DNA from: an uncultured candidate division Zixibacteria bacterium
GTDB taxonomy: Bacteria > Zixibacteria > MSB-5A5 > GN15 > FEB-12
Assembly (NCBI GenBank): GCA_963806185.1
Contig: CAWDXE010000001.1
Coordinates: 480,001-544,000 of the forward strand
DNA length: 64,000 nucleotides
Direction of reading: 5' to 3'
The notes below the pieces were generated by a model. It had not been told where the DNA came from, did not search any database, and worked only from the letters and a program-made list of their open reading frames with translations. The translations under genes were made by a program, and so were the position numbers. This document shows positions 21,349-33,338 of this stretch, one piece after another. The stretch's first letter is position 1. Every line of letters starts with the position of its first letter.

Positions 21349-21763
21349 GGGACGAATTCAACGGCGAACGTACATCTTGTGCGCCGGCCGCACGGTATAA
21401 AATTCCTCAGAATGTGATCTTGGCCTCGGACGGAGGTCTTGTTATTCAGCGATGTGGCGGTCCTGTTTTCGTGGGTGCAAGGTGTATGTCAAGATTTTCA
21501 AAGTGTATGTCAAACATCACACGCGATTTCCAACGCGAAATGCGTTGTACCGGATCCGTTGAAAGACAACGGAGTACGAACGCGTGGGGCTCTACAGGGA
21601 AAGGCGAGCAAGTGAGTAGAGATTGTTTTTGCTCGATGGGTTTCGTTTATGGCGGGTCCATAGGAGTGTGGGTTGGGGTGGGTGTGAACAGTAGTGCCTA
21701 TATATAGGGTCCCGATCCGCATTTTGTAGCGAATTGGTAGTGCAATGGTTTGAGCTCCGTACT

Positions 21764-21837
21764 CCACCGCCTATGCGGTGGGATATCTGGGGGTATTGTC
21801 CCAATGAAGATACCCCACCGTAAATCGGTGGGGTACG
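21764..21837. repeat. Two CCACC/GGTGG hairpins downstream of the RAYT fragment
   Basis: CCACCGC-ctat-GCGGTGG (21764-21781) and TACCCCACCG-taaat-CGGTGGGGTA (21811-21835). Confidence 0.65.
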
Positions 21838-21879
21838 AAAAGAGGGGCTTCAGGATTCGACGCTCAAGGTGTGCTACGG

Positions 21880-22066
21880 GCTGAACATGGTCAGGCATCA
21901 GCACATAGCCGAGAATTCCGATGTCGTACTTCTCCCGCATCGCGATCAATTGGTCAATGCACATCTGCGCGAGCACCTCATTGCGCAATGCCGGCATGCG
22001 GCGATATACGCTGAACGTGATGAATCGTGCAGCGCCATCAGAGTCGTAATGGCGAAGCCTAGTCAT
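21880..22066 (-). pseudogene. Truncated REP-associated tyrosine transposase (RAYT / IS200 Y1 family)
   Basis: MTRLRHYD...ARFITFSVYRR...ILGYVLMPDHV; resemblance stops at the HUH motif; flanked by hairpins. Confidence 0.8.
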
Positions 22067-22098
22067 GAAATCGTGAGTTACGATACTGGATCACGGAA

Positions 22099-22121
22099 CC
22101 CACCGCAAGTGGTGGGCCACC
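22099..22121. repeat. REP-like hairpin upstream of the RAYT
   Basis: CCCACC-gcaagt-GGTGGG-CCACC. Confidence 0.65.
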
Positions 22122-22134
22122 AGTCGAGGCGCAA

Positions 22135-23035
22135 CTACCCCTTCAATTCCTCGATCCGCGTCTCCAGCGCGCTCACCGCCTCCGGATTGACCTCGCGATA
22201 CCCCGCCGCTTCATACCAGGTCTTCGCCTGCAGAAGCAACTGAAGTCCGTCAGCCGTCTTCCCCTCCGCGATCATCGTCTCGCCGAGATCCTCCGACGCC
22301 TGCGCAATCGCGCTCGCATTCCCCAGCCGCTCCGCCCACGCCAGCACCGGGCGAAGCCATTTCGCCGCTTCTTCATTCCGGTCTAGATGCCGCAGCGCCA
22401 TCCCCACATGATAGTCGGCGTACAGCTTTGGCAATTTCATCCGAGTGCTGCCAGTGGTACTCGCGCGCCTGTTCAAAACAGACCAGCGCCGTGTCGTACT
22501 GCTTCATATCAAAATATGTCGCGCCCAGATTATTCCAGAGCGGCCCCAGCCACTGCTCCTGCTCGCCGTCCTGCGCCGCCTGAATACCCTTGCGGCTCCA
22601 CTCAATCTGCTCGTCGGTCGACTCCGACACGATCGCCATCATGTTCGCCGCATCGACTGCTCTCCCCCACAATTCGCTCAACTCGCAGAAGGTATACATA
22701 TCGTCAAACGTCTTCCGCGCCGCGGTCAGGTTGTCATCTTTCCATTCGTACCGCCCGCGCACACCCAGAAACCTCGACCACCCCATCTTGTCGTCTTCAT
22801 CCGCCTTGGCTGCGGCTTTCGCGAGGAATGCTCTCCCCTCCTCTTTCCGGCCGGTCGCGAGGTAACAGCGAGCAATCTGCGCCAGCGCCTCGGTTTCCAC
22901 CGAACGGTTGAATTCGTTGTAGGCCGCCTGCGCCACGGCTTCGTAGAGCGGAACGGCTTGTTCGTAATCGCGTTTCTGGAAAACTTCGTCGGCCTTGTCG
23001 AGGAGATCAACAGAACTGGTGTCTTCGTCGGTCAC
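22135..23035 (-). CDS. Tetratricopeptide-repeat protein; apparent frameshift near 22430
   Basis: Helical repeats such as LWNNLGATYFDMKQYDTALVCFEQA; two overlapping ORFs join; GGAGG RBS. Confidence 0.75.
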
Positions 23036-23211
23036 GGCATCAGCCTCCTGGTGTACAAGCTATGTATAGACCGCGGCCGCAACTCGGTGATGGTGTATGA
23101 AAGAAGGATAGGATCGAATGGCCGGGACCGTTTCACGGCGACAATATAGTCATAAACCTCGCGCCATGCCAATTCATTGCCGCAGAGGACATTGGAGGTC
23201 GTTTTTGACCG

Positions 23212-23240
23212 TTGACCCACCCTCACACAACCCCTATATT
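23212..23240 (+). promoter_or_regulatory. Putative sigma-70 promoter of the gmd operon
   Basis: TTGACC-17 nt-TATATT. Confidence 0.55.
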
Positions 23241-23296
23241 GGCTGTCTGTTTTTGAGGGCATAACACAAGCAGAAACCCGAACCGACAACTTCTGA

Positions 23297-25257
<1,961 letters not shown>

Positions 25258-25271
25258 TAAAGAGAGGATTC

Positions 25272-26627
25272 ATGGCGAAGAAAGCGACCACCAAGACCAA
25301 GCCGACCAAACAACGCCCGGCTGATGAGCTGATCTCCAAAATAGAAAACAGAAAAGCCCGACCGGGCATCGTCGGTCTCGGCTATGTCGGCCTCCCGTTG
25401 GCCATGGCTCTGGCCGACACCGGTTTCTCGGTGATCGGTTTCGATATCTCCAAGGAGAAAATCCGTCTGCTCAACTCGGGCAAGTCGGATATCGACGACA
25501 TCTCCGACGCCGTGGTTAACAACGCGGTCAAGTCCGGCCTCTTCCAGGCGACGGATAATCCCGAACTGATCGCGCAGTGCGACACCATCTCGATCTGCGT
25601 ACCGACGCCGTTGTCGAAAACCAAAGACCCCGACGTCTCCTACATCCTCGCGGCCATGGACTGGGTGAAAGACAACGTTAAGAAAGGCACGCTGGTCGTT
25701 CTGGAATCGACTACCTACCCCGGCACTACGGAGGAGTTGATTCTGCCTCTGCTCGAAGCCAAGGGCATGAAGGTCGGACGTGATTTCTTTCTGGCCTTTT
25801 CACCTGAACGCGTCGATCCCGGAAATCCCAAGTATCATACCATGAACACGCCGCGTGTCGTGGGTGGCATCACTCCCGACTGCAGCCGCGTCGCGAAGTT
25901 TTTCTACGAGCAGACCATCCCCAACGTCCACGCCGTCTCGTCGACCCAGGCCGCTGAAATGGTGAAACTGCTGGAAAACACCTTCCGCTCGGTGAATATC
26001 GGACTGGTCAACGAGGTCGCTCTGATGTGCGATCGGCTGGGTGTCGACGTGTGGGAGATTATCGACGCCGCGGCCACCAAACCGTTCGGCTTCATGCCCT
26101 TTTTCCCGGGTCCGGGACTCGGTGGACACTGCATTCCGATCGACCCGCACTACCTGTCATGGAAACTGAAATCGCTCAACTACTACGCCCGCTTCATCGA
26201 ACTGGCCGGCGAAATCAATTCCCATATGCCGGAATACGTCGTCGATCGAATCGCCAGCCTCTACAACAAACACTTCGCCAAGGCGATAAAGGGCTCAACC
26301 ATCCTCGTCCTCGGCGTTGCCTATAAGCGCGACATCAAGGACGTGCGCGAGTCCCCGGCCCTCGATGTTATCAAACTGCTCGAGGATAAGGGCGCCAAAG
26401 TCGTTTACAACGACCCACACGTGCCGCAAATTCACTGGCGTGACGGCATCCTCAAGTCCACTGACCTGACCACTACCCTCCTCAAGAAAGTCGACCTGGT
26501 CTGCGTCGTCACCGACCACTCCTCGTACAATTACCAGTGGATTGTCGACAACGCCAAGTTTGTCTTCGATTCGCGAAACGCGACCCGCAAAGTGACCAAG
26601 AACCGTCAGAAAATCGAACTTCTCTAA
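25272..26627 (+). CDS. Nucleotide-sugar dehydrogenase (UDP-GlcNAc 6-dehydrogenase, WbpA-like)
   Basis: GLGYVGLP, CVPTP, ESTTYPGTT, SPER, GGHCIPIDP, RESP. Confidence 0.9.
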   Translation: MAKKATTKTKPTKQRPADELISKIENRKARPGIVGLGYVGLPLAMALADTGFSVIGFDISKEKIRLLNSGKSDIDDISDAVVNNAVKSGLFQATDNPELIAQCDTISICVPTPLSKTKDPDVSYILAAMDWVKDNVKKGTLVVLESTTYPGTTEELILPLLEAKGMKVGRDFFLAFSPERVDPGNPKYHTMNTPRVVGGITPDCSRVAKFFYEQTIPNVHAVSSTQAAEMVKLLENTFRSVNIGLVNEVALMCDRLGVDVWEIIDAAATKPFGFMPFFPGPGLGGHCIPIDPHYLSWKLKSLNYYARFIELAGEINSHMPEYVVDRIASLYNKHFAKAIKGSTILVLGVAYKRDIKDVRESPALDVIKLLEDKGAKVVYNDPHVPQIHWRDGILKSTDLTTTLLKKVDLVCVVTDHSSYNYQWIVDNAKFVFDSRNATRKVTKNRQKIELL

Positions 26628-26654
26628 GTCACTTATTGTCAAGTTGTTAGCCGC

Positions 26655-26684
26655 AGCCGGCCCCGCTCGGGGCCGGCTATTTTT
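26655..26684 (+). terminator. Intrinsic terminator
   Basis: AGCCGGCCCC-gctc-GGGGCCGGCT followed by ATTTTT. Confidence 0.7.
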
Positions 26685-26747
26685 CTGTCCGCCAACAGGT
26701 TAAGCTTATTGCTGCGGTGCCGATATCCTGGAGATACCGGAGAGACT

Positions 26748-28688
26748 ATGACTGATAAGGCTGTCACGCCCCACACCCGCACTGACGAGATTCGAACCAT
26801 CTTGAAAGACCTGCTCAAGGTCATCAAGATCGTTTCCATGTATCCGGAAAATAACCCGCTCCCACAGTCACTACGCCGTACCTTCGCCGAACGGTTCTCC
26901 GAGATGCTCGAGACTCACGGTGACCTGACCATCTCCGTATTCAAGGATTACCTGTGCTGGAATGACGAAACCGTCTACAGCGATCGCTCCAAAGAAGAGA
27001 ATCTCTCCGGGCTCTTCTTTGACACCGGCATTACCAGCCTCACCTTCGGCTCCTCGTTCGGCGTCGCAGAGACCGACGCGTTCCTCGACATGATCAAGGC
27101 CCACATGAACGCCAAGGGTCAGAAAGATGATCTGGTACAGACATTGTGGGAAAAAGCAATTCCGAATTTCTCATTCACTACCGTTGAAGACATCCAACTG
27201 GCCGAATACCAGGGCGATTTTCGCGTCGAGGAAATACGCTCACACCGAGCCGGCCGCGGAGAAGGCCAGCTTGGACTCGACTCCGCCGAATCCTACGATG
27301 CCATCTTCTCTGAGGAAGGGACCGACGCCACCGATGGAGACGATGACGATTCCCCCGAGGACAATACCGATCGGCCTCGCTCCAATCCGGCCCGCCGGCG
27401 AATGAGCGGTCAAATGTTCTATGCGGTAAACACTGGACAGGAGCAAGCGTCGACGGTTTTTGGCGACGGCGTGGACGAAGTAGCATTCCACGCTGCTGAA
27501 GCTGCCATGGCCATGGGCTTTGGTGACATTCACAAACCGTCCATTCCCATTCCGGACACGGCCATCATTCTGAACGATGAGCTCAAATTGACGGAAGAAG
27601 ATGAGCAGTGTATCACGGAAATGTGCGTCGAGGATGCCCAAATCGATATGCACGAATCGACGCTTGAACTTCTCAAGGAACTGTTGCTCCAGGAAGGCGA
27701 GCTGCCTGATTTCGATGAAACCGTCACCATCGGTGAGAAACTTCATGCCGATTTTCTTCGTGCCGGGCAGATTGCCTGGGCCGGCGCTCTTTTTGTGCAT
27801 CTCCGCCAACTCGAAGAGGATATCAGGCGTGGTCGTCCCGCCTGGGCCGACCGGCTGAAAGAAGCCCGCACAACGATCGGCAGCCGCGAGCGACTGCACA
27901 TCCTTGCCGAGACGTTGAATAGGAACGCCGAAATACCGGCCGTCACGCTGCGCCATTATCTCGATCTCTTCGGCTGGGAGGCGCTGGGATTCATCGCCGA
28001 TCTTCTCGGCGATCTCGAACACCGGACCCATCGCGAGTGTCTCTGCACTTACCTGACCGACCGAGGCAAGGAAAATCTGCCCCTCGTGGTCAAGGGAATA
28101 TATGACAAGCGCTGGTTTGTTGTCCGCAACACCGTCATTATCCTGGCCCGCATCGGCACTGACGTTGCACTGAATAATCTCAAGCGGGTGGTCAAGCATG
28201 AAGAGCAGCGCGTACGCATGGAGCTGGCCACTTCCCTTCGCGACTGTTCCAATCCCCTGGCTGTCGATATCCTGCGCCTGTTGGTCACCGATGCCGACCC
28301 GGCCATCCGTTCGGCCGTGATCGGCTCTCTCCTTGCCCAGCGTGGCGAAAGAGCCTTTGACACCGTGAAAGGTATTGTGCACGACCCGCGATTCACCACT
28401 CTTGATCGCGATGAACGGCAACTGGTCCTCGACGCCTATGCGGCCATGGGCGGCGACGACGCCATTGCCTACCTCGTTGCCCTGGCCAAACGAATCAACT
28501 TCTGGCGCGACGCCGAATTGGAGTCATTCCGACGCGCTGCTCTTATGGCGCTGGCCCATAACCAGTCGGCCAAGAGCGAAGAAACACTGCTGCGGCTCGC
28601 GCGTAGCTGGCGTCCGGAAATCAAGCTGTCGGCCATAAAAGCACTGAAAAGACGACGGGAGGTGATGCTTGCTGACACCAACGTCTAG
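26748..28688 (+). CDS. HEAT-repeat protein
   Basis: N-terminal MYPENNP motif, acidic linker, C-terminal HEAT repeats (DKRWFVVRNTVIIL, DADPAIRSAVI). Confidence 0.75.
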   Translation: MTDKAVTPHTRTDEIRTILKDLLKVIKIVSMYPENNPLPQSLRRTFAERFSEMLETHGDLTISVFKDYLCWNDETVYSDRSKEENLSGLFFDTGITSLTFGSSFGVAETDAFLDMIKAHMNAKGQKDDLVQTLWEKAIPNFSFTTVEDIQLAEYQGDFRVEEIRSHRAGRGEGQLGLDSAESYDAIFSEEGTDATDGDDDDSPEDNTDRPRSNPARRRMSGQMFYAVNTGQEQASTVFGDGVDEVAFHAAEAAMAMGFGDIHKPSIPIPDTAIILNDELKLTEEDEQCITEMCVEDAQIDMHESTLELLKELLLQEGELPDFDETVTIGEKLHADFLRAGQIAWAGALFVHLRQLEEDIRRGRPAWADRLKEARTTIGSRERLHILAETLNRNAEIPAVTLRHYLDLFGWEALGFIADLLGDLEHRTHRECLCTYLTDRGKENLPLVVKGIYDKRWFVVRNTVIILARIGTDVALNNLKRVVKHEEQRVRMELATSLRDCSNPLAVDILRLLVTDADPAIRSAVIGSLLAQRGERAFDTVKGIVHDPRFTTLDRDERQLVLDAYAAMGGDDAIAYLVALAKRINFWRDAELESFRRAALMALAHNQSAKSEETLLRLARSWRPEIKLSAIKALKRRREVMLADTNV

Positions 28689-30126
28689 TCCTCAGGCGCT
28701 GCTCAGCAATCGCGTGCTGGCGGGCAAAACCGAGGAGAAATTCCTCAACGCGTTCTTCGTTGCGTATAAGACTGCGCGCATCATGGAAGAACACAACGCC
28801 GCCTTCAAGAACCAGCTCACATCGCTCTTTGATACCCTGGAGTCACTCTGCCGGGAAGAGGGCGATGTCGCTCTTAAGACCGTCGCCGGGCGGTATTTCA
28901 TCAATGAAAAGATGGTCCGCTTCGACGACCGCGGCCTGTCCGGCGCCGCTTCGGTGATTGCTGAATGGCGCATGCTCGGTGTCGGTGGAGTGCAGTTCCA
29001 CAATGGAATCACCGTCGAGCAACTAGGGCACTTCCTCAAGTTCATGAGCGACCTCCGACCCAGTCAGGAGAAACTCGAATCCCTCGCCCAACGACTCAAA
29101 TCGCACGGCGTCCCCCATATCACGCTCCTGTCGGTGGTGGAAAACGAGCCCCACTTTCAGGCGATCAGTGAAGAATCGCGCAAGCAGTTTCGCGCCGTGG
29201 CTCGCGCTCACTTCTTTTCGGCCATGAACGTCGTCCAGGAGGCGGTCGTCAACGCGATCGCCGATCGGGAAATCAATATCGCCAAGACGAAGCGCGTGGT
29301 GCACACGCTCATTGACCACATCAGTCGCGATGAGTCCTCCCTGATGGAGCTGGCCGCGATTAAAAACTTCGACGACTACACTTATGCTCACTCTACCAAT
29401 GTCTGCGTTTACTCCCTGACGCTCGGCGTTCGCCTCGGACTCGACCGGGGCCGCCTGGCCCATCTCGGATTCTCCGCCCTCTTTCACGACATCGGCAAAG
29501 TCAAGCTGCCCATGGATCTCATTCGCAAACCGGACGCCTACGATGAAAATGACTGGATTCAGATGCAGCGTCATCCCCTGCTGGGGGCCAAGACTATTCT
29601 GCGTACGATGAAGCTCGACGTGTATTCCGCCCGGGCCGCCCGCGCCGCCTTCGAACACCATATCAACCGCGATTTTACCGGCTATCCCACCCTTCGCCAC
29701 CAGCAACGCGTGCCCGATTTATTCTCGCGTATCATCTCCATTGTCGATTCGTTCGACGCGCTCACGTCAGGCCGGGTTTACCTCAAGAAGAGTATGACGC
29801 CAGACGTTGTTTTCAAGAAGATGCGCTACCAGATGGCCATCAAGTTCGATCCCTTCCTGCTGAAGCTCTTCAACGATATCATCGGCGTCTATCCGGCCGG
29901 CTCGCTTGTGCTGTTGACCACGGACGAGATCGCGCTGATCCTGACCAATAACGAAATCGATCGCGCCCGACCGTATGTTCAGATTGTTGGGAATAAGGCG
30001 GGATTGCTCGATGAGTCGATCTGGGTCGATCTCTCCCTTCCGGAAAATGTCGATCGCAAAATCGTGCGTCAAATCGACCCGACCAGGTACGGTCTGGATC
30101 CGAAGAAGTTCATCCTGACGAGTTAA
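28669..30126 (+). CDS. HD-GYP domain phosphodiesterase
   Basis: YTYAHSTNV, HDIGK, HP, EHH, GYP, IVDSFDALTSGR. Confidence 0.88.
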   Translation: MLTPTSSPQALLSNRVLAGKTEEKFLNAFFVAYKTARIMEEHNAAFKNQLTSLFDTLESLCREEGDVALKTVAGRYFINEKMVRFDDRGLSGAASVIAEWRMLGVGGVQFHNGITVEQLGHFLKFMSDLRPSQEKLESLAQRLKSHGVPHITLLSVVENEPHFQAISEESRKQFRAVARAHFFSAMNVVQEAVVNAIADREINIAKTKRVVHTLIDHISRDESSLMELAAIKNFDDYTYAHSTNVCVYSLTLGVRLGLDRGRLAHLGFSALFHDIGKVKLPMDLIRKPDAYDENDWIQMQRHPLLGAKTILRTMKLDVYSARAARAAFEHHINRDFTGYPTLRHQQRVPDLFSRIISIVDSFDALTSGRVYLKKSMTPDVVFKKMRYQMAIKFDPFLLKLFNDIIGVYPAGSLVLLTTDEIALILTNNEIDRARPYVQIVGNKAGLLDESIWVDLSLPENVDRKIVRQIDPTRYGLDPKKFILTS

Positions 30127-30755
30127 CGAAACCCGACCGTCAGTCGAATATTGGCGCCCCCGGTCATATCCGGCGCCACCCCTATCGTCACTTTCCGATT
30201 CCGCACGTCCGTCGGCGACCCGGAAAGATGGGCGTCGACATAGGCGTCAAACATCGAAATAAACGTCGTCAGTCCGAAAAACCAGAGATACTTGTTTCGT
30301 TCACTCCGACGATCGAGATACAGCGAATAATAAGTGTTTCGAGCATCGTGGTCGGAAGTTCCGTTGTACTGGTCCAGAAAGTTCCCTGCCTGGCCCCCGT
30401 AGTGAAGCGCGCTGGTCAGAAACCAGGTCTGCAACCCGATAAACACCCCCGCCTTCACATGCTTATGATTGCCGATCTGCCCCCAGCCGGGTACCAGCAT
30501 CGATTTGAACAGCGCCCTCGTGGGAGGCTGGCTCAGATGCATCTCAAGGTCCTCTGAATCCGTGATAAGTTTAGCGGCGGTGGTATCGACCACGGGAACA
30601 AACAGGAGGGTATCGGGCTTACGCACACTGTCGGTGGCGACCGGCGCGACCGTCAGAATCGAATCGGGGCGCGGTAACGAATCAGGCGGCACATCCTGAG
30701 CCGCCCCCACGCTGGCCATCGACGCCAGTAGCCCGGCGCAGAGTAATGGACGCAT
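30123..30755 (-). CDS. DUF5683-like secreted/membrane protein
   Basis: ALFKSMLVPGWGQ...DAYVDAHL. Confidence 0.7.
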   Translation of the reverse strand: MRPLLCAGLLASMASVGAAQDVPPDSLPRPDSILTVAPVATDSVRKPDTLLFVPVVDTTAAKLITDSEDLEMHLSQPPTRALFKSMLVPGWGQIGNHKHVKAGVFIGLQTWFLTSALHYGGQAGNFLDQYNGTSDHDARNTYYSLYLDRRSERNKYLWFFGLTTFISMFDAYVDAHLSGSPTDVRNRKVTIGVAPDMTGGANIRLTVGFR

Positions 30756-30756
30756 A

Positions 30757-31653
30757 TTAACAATACACGCGAAGTTGTTTTCCGCTCAGGCTGATTTCGA
30801 GCACGCTGGCTGGGACGGTGATGATCTCCCCATCAAGATACAGTCGCTTCCCCTGGGTGGGTGAACAGGTGATGACCCTCCCACGATAAAGCCGGAAAGA
30901 AGTGCCGTACAGAAAACTGTCTTTGACCACCTGTTTCAAGTAACCACCGAAGGCTTCAGGGTCGGCGGCCAGATCGAAGATCACCTCCATTTCGCCATCG
31001 TCGGTGATTGACGATCCCGATATCGGAATACCGGCGACATATTTCAGGAGATTAATCTGCAGCATCAGCGGCGCTATATCCAACCGATACGAATCGACCT
31101 TGAGCAAGAACTTTTCGGGCCGGACTTCCATGGCCAGACGAGGCCCGAGCTGGCTCCAACCCAGACCGAAGCGCGGTGGGCGGTGCGTCGCCAGATAGCC
31201 CACCAAGTGCGGCACAAACCCGAAGCCGATCGCGTCGAAAAACATCAGACCGCCCGCACTCCCGGCGTCGAGCAGGCGGTATTCACCCTTTAAAGTGCGT
31301 GCGATGGCCGTGTCGATTGATACGGGGCCGAAAAGTGAAAGGGCGATATTGTTGAATTTGCCGAGCGGCAGTATGCCGATTGGTATTTCCGCCTCAATGG
31401 CGGCACGCCCGACCAAATTGACCGTGCCATCACCACCGGCCGCGATGAGTCCGGTTATCGATCCGCGCCGTGGCCCGACACTCGATCCAGATTCGGAGCT
31501 CAACCGCTTGGCCTGCTCAATCAAGTCATTGGCCGAACCCGGTTCAACAACGGTATAGGCGCCGCCGGAGTCCTTAACCGCCTTGATTAACTTATTGACA
31601 GCCTTGGAGTCATAGCGGGAAGCCGCTTTGTTGACGAGAATCCCCCAGTGCAT
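30757..31653 (-). CDS. Diacylglycerol/lipid kinase family protein
   Basis: AAGGDGTVN, GILPLGKFNNIA, DGE. Confidence 0.8.
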   Translation of the reverse strand: MHWGILVNKAASRYDSKAVNKLIKAVKDSGGAYTVVEPGSANDLIEQAKRLSSESGSSVGPRRGSITGLIAAGGDGTVNLVGRAAIEAEIPIGILPLGKFNNIALSLFGPVSIDTAIARTLKGEYRLLDAGSAGGLMFFDAIGFGFVPHLVGYLATHRPPRFGLGWSQLGPRLAMEVRPEKFLLKVDSYRLDIAPLMLQINLLKYVAGIPISGSSITDDGEMEVIFDLAADPEAFGGYLKQVVKDSFLYGTSFRLYRGRVITCSPTQGKRLYLDGEIITVPASVLEISLSGKQLRVYC

Positions 31654-31808
31654 TTCCTTCTGTCGTGCATGCCGTTGGCGTATCATAGCCCTAAAGTATA
31701 GCAAACACTCGCCCAAGAACAAAGAATTTACCCATTCTCCTCGCCGATTCCGGCCGGATTACAGGCTTTTGCTTCCGATACTCAACATATATATTGGGCT
31801 TGGCTTTT

Positions 31809-32669
31809 ATGACCGAAACAACTCTCGATCAGACAAACACCGATCCGATCCGTCAGACCCGGGGAGTTCTCTGGCTGCTACCCTTTGCGGCACTAGTGCT
31901 CATTTTCATTCCTACCCTGGCCGGGCTGGTCTCCCAGTGGTTTACCGATGACAACTACTCGCACGGCTTTCTGATCCCGTTCATTTCCGGATGGTTGATT
32001 TATCGGCAACGGAAATCGCTGGCCTCCATTCCCTGGACGATTGATTCCCTTGGCCTGGCCGCCATCGTTGTGGGCCTCGCCCTTTTCATCGTGGGCAACG
32101 GCGCCGCCGAGTACTTCACCGTTCGGCTCTCATTCGTCCTGACCCTGATCGGTTTGATCGTCTACCTGTGCGGACGTCAATTTGCCAAGGCGATCTGGTT
32201 TCCTCTCTTCTTCCTCTTGTTCATGATACCCGTGCCCTATGTCCTCTACTATGCCGCGACCTTCCCGATGCAGACGCTGGCCACCAAAATCACCGTCGCC
32301 GCACTGAGTTTTATCGGGCTGGACGTGGTTCGCCAGGGCAATATCATCCACATCGCCAACTACTCCCTCGAGGTTGCCGAGGCCTGCTCAGGTCTCCGTT
32401 CCCTCGTTTCCCTGCTTGCCCTGGGCGCAATCTACGCCTATCTCACCCAGCGTCGCCTCTGGGCTCAGATCGTCCTCTTCTTGTCGACTATTCCCATTGC
32501 GATTGCCGCTAACGTCTTTCGGGTGTTCGCCACGGCACTCATTGTGGCTACGATTTCCGATGGCGTTACCAAGGAGCCGGTGCATTCCCTCATGGGGCTG
32601 ACCGTGTTCGTCGTTTCGTTCATCCTGTTGTTCATCGTCGGAGGAATCCTCCGGGCGGCCACGAAATGA
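31809..32669 (+). CDS. xrt: Exosortase
   Basis: DNYSHGFLIP, VAEACSGLRS (catalytic Cys), NVFR, downstream His; multi-TM. Confidence 0.92.
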   Translation: MTETTLDQTNTDPIRQTRGVLWLLPFAALVLIFIPTLAGLVSQWFTDDNYSHGFLIPFISGWLIYRQRKSLASIPWTIDSLGLAAIVVGLALFIVGNGAAEYFTVRLSFVLTLIGLIVYLCGRQFAKAIWFPLFFLLFMIPVPYVLYYAATFPMQTLATKITVAALSFIGLDVVRQGNIIHIANYSLEVAEACSGLRSLVSLLALGAIYAYLTQRRLWAQIVLFLSTIPIAIAANVFRVFATALIVATISDGVTKEPVHSLMGLTVFVVSFILLFIVGGILRAATK

Positions 32670-33307
32670 AAAAGGCAGTCATTATATCGGTTATTCTCCT
32701 GCTCGCTGCCGGCGTCTTCGGAAACTATCTCCGGTTTGGCCAGCGCATGCCGAACCGAATCGCTGATTTTTCACAAATCCCTCTGGAATTGGGTGTCTAT
32801 GTCGGCCAGGAGCAGCGATTCGACGAAGAGAGCTACGAAGTTTTGAAGGCCGATACCACTACGCTGCGCGCTTACAGCGCCAATGTCGGCGAGCCGTTCT
32901 GGCTGTTTATTGCCTATTTCTCGTCGCAAAAATACGGCAGTCAGATACATTCCCCCAAGCACTGCCTGCCGGGCGGAGGCTGGCGAATCGATAAAATGGA
33001 AGAGTACCAGCTTAACCTGCCCGACGGACCCAGGACCGTGAATCGATTGATTATCTCCGCCGGTCAGTCAAAGCAGGTTATGTTCTATTGGTTTGAAACG
33101 CGCACTGGAATCATCCGCGGCGAATTCGGCCTGAAATGGGACTTGATGAAGAATTCCCTGTCCCTGCGTCCTACCGACGCAGCCATCATCCGGCTCACGA
33201 TTCCGATCACGCCGGGCCAGACGATAGAAGAAGCGACCGCCCGGGCAACTGACTATTTTTCGACTTTCTATCGGTCGATCGAAAAAGCGCTCCCGTTCTC
33301 CAACTGA
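32666..33307 (+). CDS. epsI: Exosortase-associated EpsI protein
   Basis: IHSPKHCLPGGGW motif; RPTDAAIIR. Confidence 0.88.
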   Translation: MKKAVIISVILLLAAGVFGNYLRFGQRMPNRIADFSQIPLELGVYVGQEQRFDEESYEVLKADTTTLRAYSANVGEPFWLFIAYFSSQKYGSQIHSPKHCLPGGGWRIDKMEEYQLNLPDGPRTVNRLIISAGQSKQVMFYWFETRTGIIRGEFGLKWDLMKNSLSLRPTDAAIIRLTIPITPGQTIEEATARATDYFSTFYRSIEKALPFSN

Positions 33308-33338
33308 GACATCATCAGGGTTGCTGCCAGAGGCTTCA

